Of a stretch of 64,000 nucleotides of DNA, positions 25,114 through 36,465 are shown piece by piece (the stretch's first letter is position 1; each line of letters begins with the position of its first letter). Location of the stretch: contig NC_073409.1 of NCBI RefSeq assembly GCF_028641065.1, forward strand, positions 20,274,001-20,338,000, written 5' to 3'. The stretch comes from Leucoraja erinacea (Eukaryota). Under the pieces are notes generated by a model. The model searched no databases and was not told where the DNA came from. It saw only the letters and a list, made by a program, of their open reading frames with translations. The position numbers and the translations under genes were made by a program.

Positions 25114-27006
25114 TTTACTAGATACAATCAGTTCAAACAAAGTACAATCAATAGAGCAAGGAGGAAGGTACATATGGCATAATATAGTTCTCAGCATTGT
25201 AACACATTAGCTCCATTGACAACGTCCAATGTTTACAACGTGTTGAGGTGAATCAGACCTCTGGCTTATGAAAGAACTGATCAGAAACCTGATAACAGAA
25301 GGGTGAAGTTGTTCCTGAGTCTGTTGGCACACGCTTTCAAACATCTGCACCTTCAGCCAGACAGAAGCTAAATTAAAGCTAATTAGATGCTAATTAAAAG
25401 TAAATAGAAGCTAATTAGCTAAACTAAACTAATCTTCGAGCTTGCAGGACGATGCTCTGCTCTAAGATATTTGGGACTGTGGACTTTGAACAATGGCGCC
25501 TAAAAAGGCGGTGCCTGCATGTGTAATATATGCAAAAAGAATGACACTGTCAGATGCATATGTGAAGATAGACACAAAGTGCTGGAGTAGCTCAGCGGGT
25601 CAGGCACCATCTCTGAAGGAAAAGGATGGATGAAGTTTTAAGCTGGAACCCTTCTTCAGACTCGGACTAATCATTCTGTTAAACCGAGACTATCATTCCA
25701 TCACTCCGTGTTACACCGCTCTGTGAATTCCAAAGTTTGCTCCATGACTGATTTAAAGACACGTCATGGAAACAGACCCCTCTGCCCATCAGGTCCATGC
25801 CGACTATAGATCACTGATTCACCGTAGTCCCATGGTATCACGTTTTTTTACATCCACTCCCAACACACTAAGGACAATTTTACAGAGGCCAATTATATTA
25901 CAAACCTGCACATGCTTGGAATGTAGGAGGAAACCGGAGCACCCGGGGAAAAACACTTGGTTACAGAGAGAACGTGCAAACTCTGCACAGACAACAACCC
26001 CGAGGTCAGGATCAAACTGGGGTGTCCAGTGCCTTGAGGCTGCTGCACTACAACTGCGCCTCTGTGCTGGCCATTCTGTTAGAACTTACTGCTGTTGGGT
26101 CTTCAGAGTCACAGCTTACTGATGCAACATTCCTTCTTGCACTGCCCTGTGTATTGCAAAACGTTGTTCCTTAAACAGAAGCTGCAGTTCCCTATTCCTG
26201 CTCAAACTTGTCACTCTTTGAACACTGGCCAAAAGCATGAACTAGAAACATTATGTGGTTGAGTGGAAAAACCTATTCCCGCTTCCAATTCATATTTGCA
26301 TGTCGTCCAAATTCAGCTGCGAGAATCTACCTAAACCTCACATTAGATTTTGTTTAGTTTATAGATACAGAGCAGAAACAGGCCCTTCAGCCCGCACCGA
26401 CCAGCGATCCCCGCACACTAACATTGTTCTAGACTAGGGACAATTTAGAATTTTTATTGACGGCTATTAACCTACAAGCCCTATGTCTTTGGAATGTGTT
26501 AGGAAACAGGAGCATCCAGAGAAAATCCACACAGGTCAAGTGGAGAGCATATCAAACCTATACAGACAGCACCCGCATTAAGGATTGTGCTCTGGCACTG
26601 TAAGGCAGCAACTCTACCGCTGTGCCACCGTTGTGCCATTCATATTTGCATGACGTCCAAATTGGAATATGAATGCACCTAATGCACGAGCTGCCAGAGC
26701 AAGTCGTTGAGGCAGGAACTTTCACAATGTAGAAGAAATAATTAGACAAGTACATGGATAGGACAGGTTTAGAGGGAGATGGGTCAAACGCAAGCAGCTG
26801 GGTCTGGTGTAGTTGGTCAGTGTGGGTAAGTTGAACCGAAGGTCCTGTTTCCACACTGTGACTCTATGACACACATTTGATTTGGTTAATGTAATGTCAA
26901 GAAAACACACAGCTGTTTCTAAATGTTGTTTTTTGCCAATGTGTGTTGCTTACTAACGTGTCTGGTCAATTCTGCAACAGGATCGGTGCTATTTTCTATT
27001 TCCAGC

Positions 27007-27090
27007 ATGGGTAATCCTGGATGGAAAGGCAGATTTGCATTTGTTCTTTGAATCACCATCACTTGTCTTGTCCAATTACCCGAGTAGCTG
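27007..27090 (+). pseudogene. Truncated 5' remnant of UGT type B (copy B1)
   Basis: ATG GGT AAT CCT GGA TGG... matches the start of B2 but has TGA at codon 15 and a 1-nt deletion; homology ends at about 27090 at an LTR-like fragment. TACTAAC (26951) and acceptor (26980) retained. Confidence 0.85.
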
Positions 27091-27345
27091 ATAAGGCTGA
27101 ATTATGTTAAAAATATAAGAAAATATTAAATGGATTCCTGGGCCAGTTTACGCCTTATATTTAGTCTCCAGTAGATTATTAAAGAAATGCATGTCTAGGC
27201 TTGCCTCAGGTTGCTGTGTATTGAGATCATGAATGACTATAACATTTATCTACCATTTGACGAGAAAGGAAGCCACATTGATCCCACTAAGGGGTATTGA
27301 CAAATGGCCGATGCCTTTAATATGTAAAGTCCTTGTACCATATGA
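27090..27345 (+). mobile_element. LTR fragment of the same family as 21300-22000, at the B1 breakpoint
   Basis: Starts with TG; caggttgctgtgtattgagat...taaggggtattga matches the reverse complement of 21890-21998. Confidence 0.6.
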
Positions 27346-27934
27346 CAAGATGCCTTTTCCACTCACAACCCCATTCACCTGCCTTCTTCCCAAATCCCCC
27401 GACACCCATAATAATCAAAAATCTGCCATTCTCCACCTTAAAAATATCCATTCAGATTAGAGAAATCAATATTAAGAGAAGGCGGCATGGTGGAGTAGCA
27501 GTAGAGTTGCTGCCTTACCGCGCCAGAGACTTGGGGTTGATACTGACTATGGGTGCTGTGTGTGTGGATGTTGTGCGCTCTCCCTGTGACCGCATGGGAT
27601 TTCTCCAGGTGCTCCGGTTTTCTCCTACATTCCAAAGATCTACAGGTGTGGAAGCTAATTGGCTTGGGTGAAAATTGGCATTTGTCCTTCGTGTGTGGGA
27701 TAGTGTTAATGTGGACAGATCGCTGGTTGCGTGAACTCAGTGGACCGAAGGACCTGTTTCCGCACGGTACCTCTAAACTAAACTAAAATACTCACACTGC
27801 TGGGATTGTAAACTGCCCAATGTTTGGCTTGTCTGCAAGCTTACTAATCAACCCATCAAATCATTTATGAACTCAAATAATTTATATATCCAAATCATTT
27901 ATATATTCACAAACAGTAAAGGTCCCAGCACTGA

Positions 27935-28472
27935 GTCGGTATGTCAAGGAGGACTTTCTCTAACTTCTACAGGTGCAAAATAGAGAGCATGCTGAACGCT
28001 GTATCGTGAGTTGGTTCCGGAACTTGAGCGCCCAGGAGCGGAAAAGACTACAAAAAGTGGTAAACACTGCCCAGTCCATCATCGGCTCGGACCTCCCTAC
28101 CATCAAGGGGATCTATCGCAATCACTGCCTCAAAAAAGCTGGACCCACACCATCTTGGCCACACACTCATCTCCCTGCTACCTTGAGATAGAAGATACAG
28201 GAGCCTGAATACTGCAATGTCCAGGTTCAGGAATAGCTATTTCCCCACAGCCATCAGGCTATTAAACTCAACTCAAACAAAACTCTGAACATTAATAGCC
28301 CATTATCTGTTATATTTATTCATATGTGTATATATTTATATAATGGTATATGGACACACTGATCTGTTCTGTATTCATGCCTACTATATTCTGTTGTGCT
28401 GAAGCAAAGCAAGAATTACATTGTCCTATCTGAGACACATGACAATAAACTCTCTTGAATCTTGAATCTTGA
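27935..28472 (+). mobile_element. Rex1/Babar-like LINE 3' fragment (tail also at 1-135; related fragment about 56700-57110)
   Basis: CIVSWF...LQKVVNTAQSIIG motif; (CTTGAAT)n tail. Confidence 0.65.
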
Positions 28473-28484
28473 TCCCTGAAAATG

Positions 28485-28771
28485 AACTTTCATACTTGCG
28501 GTTAGTTGTAGATACAGTTTGGGGGCGGGTACATTGGTGTTGTATTTGTCCGGAAGTCTTTTCCTGTGTTACGCGCGGGCAAGTGAGCAAGGTGTGAGGG
28601 GGCCGGAGTTTTGTTTTCTTGTGGGGACTGGAAGCGGTCGCAGAGTCACTGTAGGAGATTTTTTCATTGGTAATTCAGCAGCGGGTGAAGGCACTGCAGC
28701 CGCGGGTTCAAGTCCCATCGCAGTCACATCTTTCTGACATTCAGATTACATCGAATTCACTGATACCCAAG
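28485..28771 (+). promoter_or_regulatory. Putative promoter and non-coding first exon of UGT A2
   Basis: Near-identical to 556-843; donor GT at 28772. Confidence 0.6.
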
Positions 28772-29207
28772 GTATGTAAATTGAAAACATTTCCAAATTC
28801 TCCACCATCTCTGTGTTGTAACAATGCATGCTTTCTAGTTACAGTTTCGGCAACGAATAGCAATATTTAATTTTCTTTTTATCCTGAACAAACTTGCCGA
28901 GAGCTTTTTTTTTTTCAGACTCGATATTATCTAAACACATATATTTTGTATCCTCCATACACCCACATTTCTACTCCCCGGATTTCACTCAATAGTCAAT
29001 AAAATCCAATATTCCATTCCTGGCCCACTTGACTGTGTTTTTACTTTTAAGCTTTAAACTGAAGCCCATGTTTTGTCTGAAGAAGTGTCTCGACCTGTTC
29101 CTTCTCTCCAGAGATCTTGCCTGGCCCGCTGAGACACTCCAGCTTTTTGTGTCTATCCCATGTTTTGTTGCGGGTTTCACATACACACTTGGGTTTGTTG
29201 CAGTGTT

Positions 29208-29402
29208 TAAGAGGGAACTGCAGATGCTGGAGAATCGAAGGTTACACAAAAAAGCTGGAGAAACTCAGCGGGTGCAGCAGCATCTATGGAGCGAAGGAAA
29301 TAGGCGTCTGAAGAAGGGTTTCGGCCCGAAACGTTGCCTATTTCCTTCGCTCCATAGATGCTGCTGCACCCGCTGAGTTTCTCCAGCTTTTTTGTGTAAC
29401 CC
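29208..29402. mobile_element. Short Penelope-derived inverted-repeat insertion
   Basis: About 66-bp perfect inverted arms, 18-bp TSD TGGGTTTGTTGCAGTGTT; empty site at about 1262-1279. Confidence 0.85.
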
Positions 29403-29940
29403 TGGGTTTGTTGCAGTGTTCGCCTGATCTCCGATGAAGAATGAGAGCTGTTTTAACAATCCTGATTAGGGTAATGCTGCTGTAAACTAGCTTCACCGCT
29501 AAACCACCTCATCCTTCCGTGCTGAGTCCAGGCGCCAGCTCTCACACACCTTCGCATTGGGCATGACGCCACAGACTCAAGCACAGACTCCAATGTTACA
29601 GTTCCCTAATCCCGTACAACCTGTTTCCTTGATATCCGTCCCCTTTGATACCTCCATTTTCACTGCTTACCCTTCCATCATTACTTTTCTCAGTCTAAAG
29701 AAGGGTCTCGACCGGAAACGTCCCCCATTCCTTCTCTCCAGAGATGCTGCCCAAAGATCTTATAGCAGAGCAAGATCTTTGATGCTGCCCGTCCCGCTGA
29801 GTTACTCAAGCATTTTGTGTCTGTCTTCATCGTAAAATCCACAAACAGGGCAGTCCCATTGTTTCTGCCTGCGCCGGCCCCACACATCTCATCTCCAAAT
29901 TCCTCAATTCAGGGGCGGCACGGTGATGCATGCCTTATTT

Positions 29941-31352
29941 TGCAATGTTCCAAAATTTTGAGAATTTAAATATCAAGTCTGCAATTTATCCCATCAGATA
30001 AAGCTGTTATTTGGACAAAATCAGGACATTTTATTATTATTAATCAATTAACAGCTGACAATTATCCCATTCCTTAGCTTGCATCTGAGTAAAATTCATT
30101 TCAAAACGCATTTATGGTTTACGATTATTTAAATGGTAAATGTACCTTCAGAAGCATTTTCTTTTTGCATGTTAAAACCCACCTGAGAACCATGGGCGAT
30201 TTTGCAATTTTAATGATGGATTTTTCACTTTTAAAACTTTTTATATAACGCATTAATAAAGATAAAACATAATGCCTTACTTTTGATGAAATGCAGTGAG
30301 CAAACGCGATAATTCCCGATATTTTCTATCTTTATATCTCCGATTCGCGTTTTTTAACGGGTGTGAAAGTACGCGTTTCCAGGATCAATAACATGTACCG
30401 GAAGTGACGTTTGTACCCCAGTTAAATTTTGCGTCCACGTGGGTGAGGATCTATGATCCAGTGACCTTTCGTGAAATCACCCTATTGCTTTTCCATTGAC
30501 TTAATTCAAAAGTGTGATCGAGGCCAGTCAGAAGCCCATAACTTTCTTAAAAATTAAGAGAACTGAAAGAAATGTTCAGTTATTATAGATTAAAGCATTC
30601 TGAAACAAACATGAAACAATCTTACTTGGATGACCTGAAATTAAAGAATATAATTAGTTGTTACCTAATTGTAGCTAATTACACAATTCAATTACTAGAT
30701 CTAAACATCTATCCATTTCTTAAGAAAAGGTTAACATATTTAAATGGCCTAAGTGTTCAAATAATATTCACACAAGAATTCACAATATAACATGATTTTT
30801 AAATCTCATTGTCATGAATTTATAGGCCAAATGGAAGGAATTTAGAGTTTAATTCCCGTAAAGTAATGGCCATTTTAATCATCTTGCAGTGGGTTTTTGT
30901 GAAACGCGATCGATTGGAACGTTGCGGTTTGCGGTGAATTTAAACCCCATATGGGCAGGAAAAACACTGCCGGTTAGTATGGGGCCCAAATCACATTTTC
31001 GCAACGTGAAACTTAGGAAAGCCATCCTAAGAAGCAAGTTTATATGTAAAAATATACGAATTACCTTGCTTTTTCCCGTACGCGAGATCCGTTCCGTTGC
31101 CTGTATTGACGGCGTTCTGGGTCGCTTTTTACTCCAGTGCTGAAATTGTTCAGCGGTTTAAAAAAACCAATTCCGAGTACGACAGTCGAAACAATTTTTC
31201 AGTATTAGGTAGAAGCCCGAGAAAGTATATCTCGGACAGGCAGGAGAAAACGGTATTTTAATCCCGTCCCCCCTCCTCAAAGGCGCCAAAGTCACGCACA
31301 CGACCAGTGGCAGAACTGCAGCGCCGCTGAAGGTGAGTTTTGTAACATACCT
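29941..31352. mobile_element. Same DNA transposon as 1759-2715, with a nested piece of a second element (about 30005-30485)
   Basis: Paralogous copy; the nested piece ends GTGAAATCACCCTAT, the reverse complement of the terminus at 24376. Confidence 0.7.
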
Positions 31353-31914
31353 ACCTTACTGCGCCAGAGACCCAGGTTCAATCCTAACTATGGGTGCTGT
31401 CTGGACGGATTGTACATTCTCCCAGTGACCTGCGTGGGTTTCCTCCGGCTGCTCCGGTTTCCTTCTACTCTCCAAATACGTTCAGGTTTGGAGATTAATT
31501 GGCCTGGTAACATTCTAAATTGTCCCTAATGTGTGTGGGATAGTGTCAGTGTGCCGGGATCGCTGGTCGGCATGGACTCGGTGGGCCGAAGGGCCCGTTT
31601 CCATTCTGTCTCTCTGAACTAAACTAAGTTAAACTACCTTGTCCCCCCTTGTCCGATTTACATGTGAGACACCTCAGAGCTCTTCAACACTTTAATAACT
31701 TTCAATTCCTAGGTCCCCATTGCCTCAGTATGGACGATCAGTATATTCCACCGTTCCACGGTCTTTCTTGAACAGAAACTAAATCGGTTCTCCTCTACAC
31801 TCACCTCCACCTTCCGAAATCTGTCCTCACCCTGTTGGCTCCTCTCTCTTTCTTCAAGTCTTATGTTTGGCACGGCGGCACAGCGAGATAGCGGTAGAGT
31901 TACTGCCTGACAGC

Positions 31915-34900
31915 GACCAGTGCCACGGGCTAGTAGAAATAGGAGGATATTGCGGATGAATACGTGGCTTGAAAAATGGTGCACGGGGGAGGGATTCAAA
32001 TTTTTAGGGCATTGGAACCAGTTCTGGGGGAGGTGGGACCAGTACAAACAGGACAGTCTGCACCTGGGCTGGAATGGAACCAATGTCCTTGGGGGAGTGT
32101 TTGCTAGTACTGTCGGGGAGGATTTAAACTAATGTGGCAGGGGGATGGGTGCGAGAGGCAGAGGGGTGTAAAATGAGGGTAGAAGCAATAGGTAGCAAGG
32201 TGAAAAATAAAAGTGGCAGGCAGACAAATCCAGGGCAAAAATAAAAAAGGGCCACTTTTCAACATAATTGTATAAGGGGTAAGAGTGTTTTAAAAACAAG
32301 CCTGGAGGCTTTGTATCTTAATGCAATGGAAGGCATTTAAAAACTGCATGGATGAACTGCAACAATTGTTCATCCCAGTTTGGCAAAAGAATAAATCAGG
32401 GAAGGTAGTGCATCCGTGGATAACAAGGGAAATTAGGGATAGTATCCAAAAAAAAGATGAAGCGTACAAATTAGCCAGAAAAAGCAGCCTACCAGAGGAC
32501 TGGGAGAAATTCAGAGCCCAGCAGAGGAGGATAAAAGGGAAAGGGAAATTAGGAATTAGGAAAGGGAAAATAGATTATGAAAGAAAACTGGCAGGGAACA
32601 TGAAAACTGACTGCAAAAGTTTTTATAGATATGTGAAGAGGAAAAGCTTAGTTAAAACAAATGTAGGTCCCTTGTGGTCAGAAACAGGGGAATTGATCAT
32701 GGGGAAAAAGGACATGGCAGACCAATTGAATATCTACTTTGGTTCTGCCTTCACTAAGGAAAACATATATAATCTGCCGGAAATAGCAAGGGACCGGGGG
32801 TTAAATGAGATGGAGGAACTGAGTGAAATCCAGGTTAGTGGTGGTGTTAGGTAAATTGAATGGATTAAAGGCCGATAAATCCCCAGGGCCAGATAAATTG
32901 CATCCCAGAGTACTTAAGGAAGTAGCCGCAGAAATAGTGGATGCATTAGTGATAATTTTTCAAAACTCTTTAGATTCTGGAGTAGTTCCTGAGGACTGGA
33001 AGGTAGCTAATGTAACCCCACTTTTTAAAAAGGGAGGGAGAGAGAAAACGGAGAATTAAAGACCAGCTGGAAAGAACTATGGGAAATGGAAGCAAGCAAG
33101 ATCAGCTTCATCATCAGATCGACTTATGACGTGCTTCCTTCACCAAAGAACCTCCATCAGTGGTACGGCGAGGATCCAACCTGTGCCCTCTGCCCAACTC
33201 CAGCGACCCTCAAACACATCATGGTAGGCTGCAAGACCAGCCTCACGCAAGGGAGATACACGTGGCGGCATAATCAGGTACTAAAAAGCCTGGCATCAGC
33301 CCTTGAGAACAGGCGGTGTGCGACCAACTCCTTGCCTCCGAGAGCAAGCAACACCCCCCCCCCCAAGGGCAACAACCTTTGTCCGAGAAGGACAGAAAAC
33401 ATCTAAACATCCTTCCACCAGATCAGAAGAAGGAAACCTATGCAGGGCCCGTGACTGGAGGATGCTGGCGGACATCGGCCGACAACTAATTTTTCCACCT
33501 GAAATTGCTTCCACCAACCTCAGGCCAGACTTGGTGTTCTGGTCCCCTTCACAGAAGACTGCTTACATCATAGAGCTCACAGTTCCATGGGAGAACTCTG
33601 TTGAGGAGGCCTATGAGCGTAAGAAGCTGCGCTACGCAGAGCTTGCAGCAGAGGCAACGCAGCGTGGCTGGAACACCAAAGTCTATCCAGTTGAAGTGGG
33701 ATGCAGAGGATTTGTTGCGTCATCTACCATCAGACTGCTGAAGGAGCTTGGAATCCACGGTCAGGCTCTGCGGAAGACCATAAGATCACTCTCAGAGGCG
33801 GCTGAAAGAAGCAGCCGGTGGATTTGGCTCAAGCGGAAAGACCCATGCTGGGCCCCAAGTACGTCAGGGTGAATCTTTGGGACGGTTTGACACGGGACAC
33901 GCGCTGAGGGCTGATCATCCTGCAGCGGGCCGCCCTTGTGGAGGGTGTATAGTGTTAAAAGGCCGAAACACCCAGTGATGCAAGGGTACACTACTGATGA
34001 TGTGTCCTGTGCCCAACTGTCCTGAAGGTTGCCCAGGCCAAGATATACGTATCCCCCCCCCCGCCCCCCACCGATGTTGAGCGTTTACCACTCTCAACGA
34101 TCAACGAATGTCGTGAAATGCTCCCCACCTATTGGCACAAGGGACTTCTTAACATCTTGTCCTGTGTATTTGATTCTAATATCGGTGGTGGGGAAAATTC
34201 TGGAGTCAGTTATTAAAGGTGGGATAGCAGCACATTTGGAAAGTGGTGAATTCATTGGACTAAGTCAGCATGGATTTATGAAAGGTAAATCATGTCTGAC
34301 GAATCTTAACGAATTTATCGAGGATGTAACTAGTATGTAACTAGTACCAGTGGATGTGTTATATCTGGACTTTCAGAAGGCTTTCGACAAGATCCCACAT
34401 AAGAGATTAGTATACAAACGTAAAGCACACAGTATTGGGGGTTCAGTATTGATGTGGATAGAGAACTGGCTGGCAGACAGGAAGCAAACAGTAGGAGTAA
34501 ACGGGTCCTTTTCAGAATGGCAGGCAGTGACTAGTGGGGTACCGCAAGGCTCAGTGCTGGGACCCCAGCTATTTACAACATATATTAATGATCTGGATGA
34601 GGGAATTGAATGCAACATCTCCAAGTTTCCGGATGACACGAAGCTGGGGGGGCAGTGTTAGCTGTGAGGAGGATGCTAGGAGGCTGCAAGGTGACTTGGA
34701 TAGGTTGGGTGAGTGGGCAAATGCAAGGCAGATGCAGTATAATGTGGATAAATGTGAGTTTGTCCACTTTGGTGCCAAAAACAGGAAAGTAGATTATTAT
34801 CTGTATGGTGGCCGATTAGGAAAAGGGGAGATGCAATGAGACCTGGGTGTCATGGTATACCAGTCATTGAAAGTAGGAATGCAGGTAGTGAAGAAAGCAA

Positions 34901-35547
34901 ATGGTATGTTAGCATTCATAGCAAAAGGATTGAATATAAGAGCAGGGAGGTTCTACTGCAGTTGTACAGGGTCTTGGTGAGACCACACCTGGAGTATTGC
35001 GTACAGTTTTGGTCTCCTAATCTGAGGAAAGACATTCTTGCCATAGAGGGAGTACAGAGAAGGTTCACCAGACTGATTCCTGGGATGGCCGGACTTTCAT
35101 ATGAAGAAAGGCTGGATAGACTCGGCTTGTACACGCTATAATTTAGAAGATTGAGAGGGGATCTTATAGAAACTTACAAAATTCTTAAGGGGTTGGACAG
35201 GCTAGATGCAGGAAGATTGTTCCTGAGGTTGGGGAAGTCCAGAACTAGGGGTCACAGTTTAAGGATAAGAGGGAAATCTTTTAGGACCGAGATGAGAAAA
35301 TCATTTTTTACACAGAGAGTGGTGAATCTGTGGAATTCTCTGCCACAGAAGGTAGTTGAGGCCAGTTCATTGGATAGATTTCAGAGGGTGTTAGATGTGG
35401 CCCTTGTGGCTAAAGGGATCAGGGGGAATGGAGAGAAGGCAGCGATGGGATACTGAGTTGGATGATCAGCCATGATCATATCGAATGGCGGTGCAGGCTC
35501 GAAGGGCCGAATGGCCTACTCCTGCACCTATTTTCTATGTTTCTATG
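31915..35547 (+). mobile_element. Paralogous CR1 copy with about 750-bp deletion and a nested RLE LINE
   Basis: Same junctions as 3285-6550; APE region deleted between ATGCAA microhomologies. Confidence 0.9.
33067..34174 (+). mobile_element. 5'-truncated non-LTR retrotransposon with restriction-like endonuclease (Hero-like)
   Basis: CCHC knuckle CALC-x7-H-x4-C, RHN, RPD...IIELTVPWE...KKLRY motifs; absent from the unit-1 CR1. Confidence 0.85.
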
Positions 35548-36465
35548 ACAGGGACCCGGGCTCAATCCTGACTACGGGTGCTGTTTGTACGTTCTCCCCC
35601 TGACCTGGGTTGGTTTTCCCCGCATGGTTTCTGGTTTCCTCCCACACGTGCAGGTTTGCAGGTTCATTGGCTTCTGCAAAGTGTGAATTGACCAGAGTGT
35701 GGAGGAGAGCGCTAGTGTACGGCGTGATCACTGGTCGGCGTGGCCTCGGTGGACTGATGGACCTGTTTCCACGCTGTCTCCCTTAAGTCCATTGGCACTC
35801 GCATGGATTACAGCTGTGCCTGTAATGTCAAACTATCCGTGAACCAGGCATACACTGGCACCATCCCCAACTCTTTCTCCACATTGACAACAGCATCGGG
35901 GCTGCCTCCTCCACCCATGCTGAACTCGACATGCTGACTGTCCCGCTGAGTTACTCCAGCATTTTGTGTCCATCTTCGGTGTAAACCAGCATCTGCAGTT
36001 CCTTCCTAACCCTATTTTCCACAACAGTTCTCAATCCGTGAACACGAATGTATTTACCGACCAAAAGCCAAGTCAGAGCAGAACACTGTGCTGTAGCTAA
36101 ATACATTTGAATGTTACAGGTGAGCAATACTGGGATGTGGGAGGAAACTGGTGGTGGACTAACTCATCGGGTCAGGCAGCATCGATGGTGAATGTGAACA
36201 GGTTATGTTTTGGATGTCAAGGGGTTATGGGGCGACGGCAGGAGAATGGGGTTGAGAGGGATGGATAGATTTTACTTCGGAGTCACATGAGTGACTACGT
36301 GAAGAACCCGCTCAGTGCGCAGGCGCGGCATTACGCCAGCAGTGCAACAGCGGCGGCAGCTGGAGTCAGGCTCTCCAGCTGCACTTTAAAACGGACCGTC
36401 AGGTAAGTATACGGTGCATTGGAATAACAGAGGAGAGTTGCAGTTGTGTTTGCTTTTCAGAAAAC

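Larger units (their letters stand above)
1..28329 (+). repeat. Segmental duplication unit 1 (paired with unit 2, about 28330-63315)
   Basis: Collinear blocks: 1-137/28330-28470; 556-7130/28485-36127; 10204-12910/36134-45290; 23530-24375/53617-54423; 26700-27090/58906-59300; 27350-27465/62160-63315. Confidence 0.92.

Noticed and set aside
27481-27550. tRNA genes at SINE heads
   Set aside because: They continue into V-SINE core and CR1-derived tails and cannot fold into a full cloverleaf.
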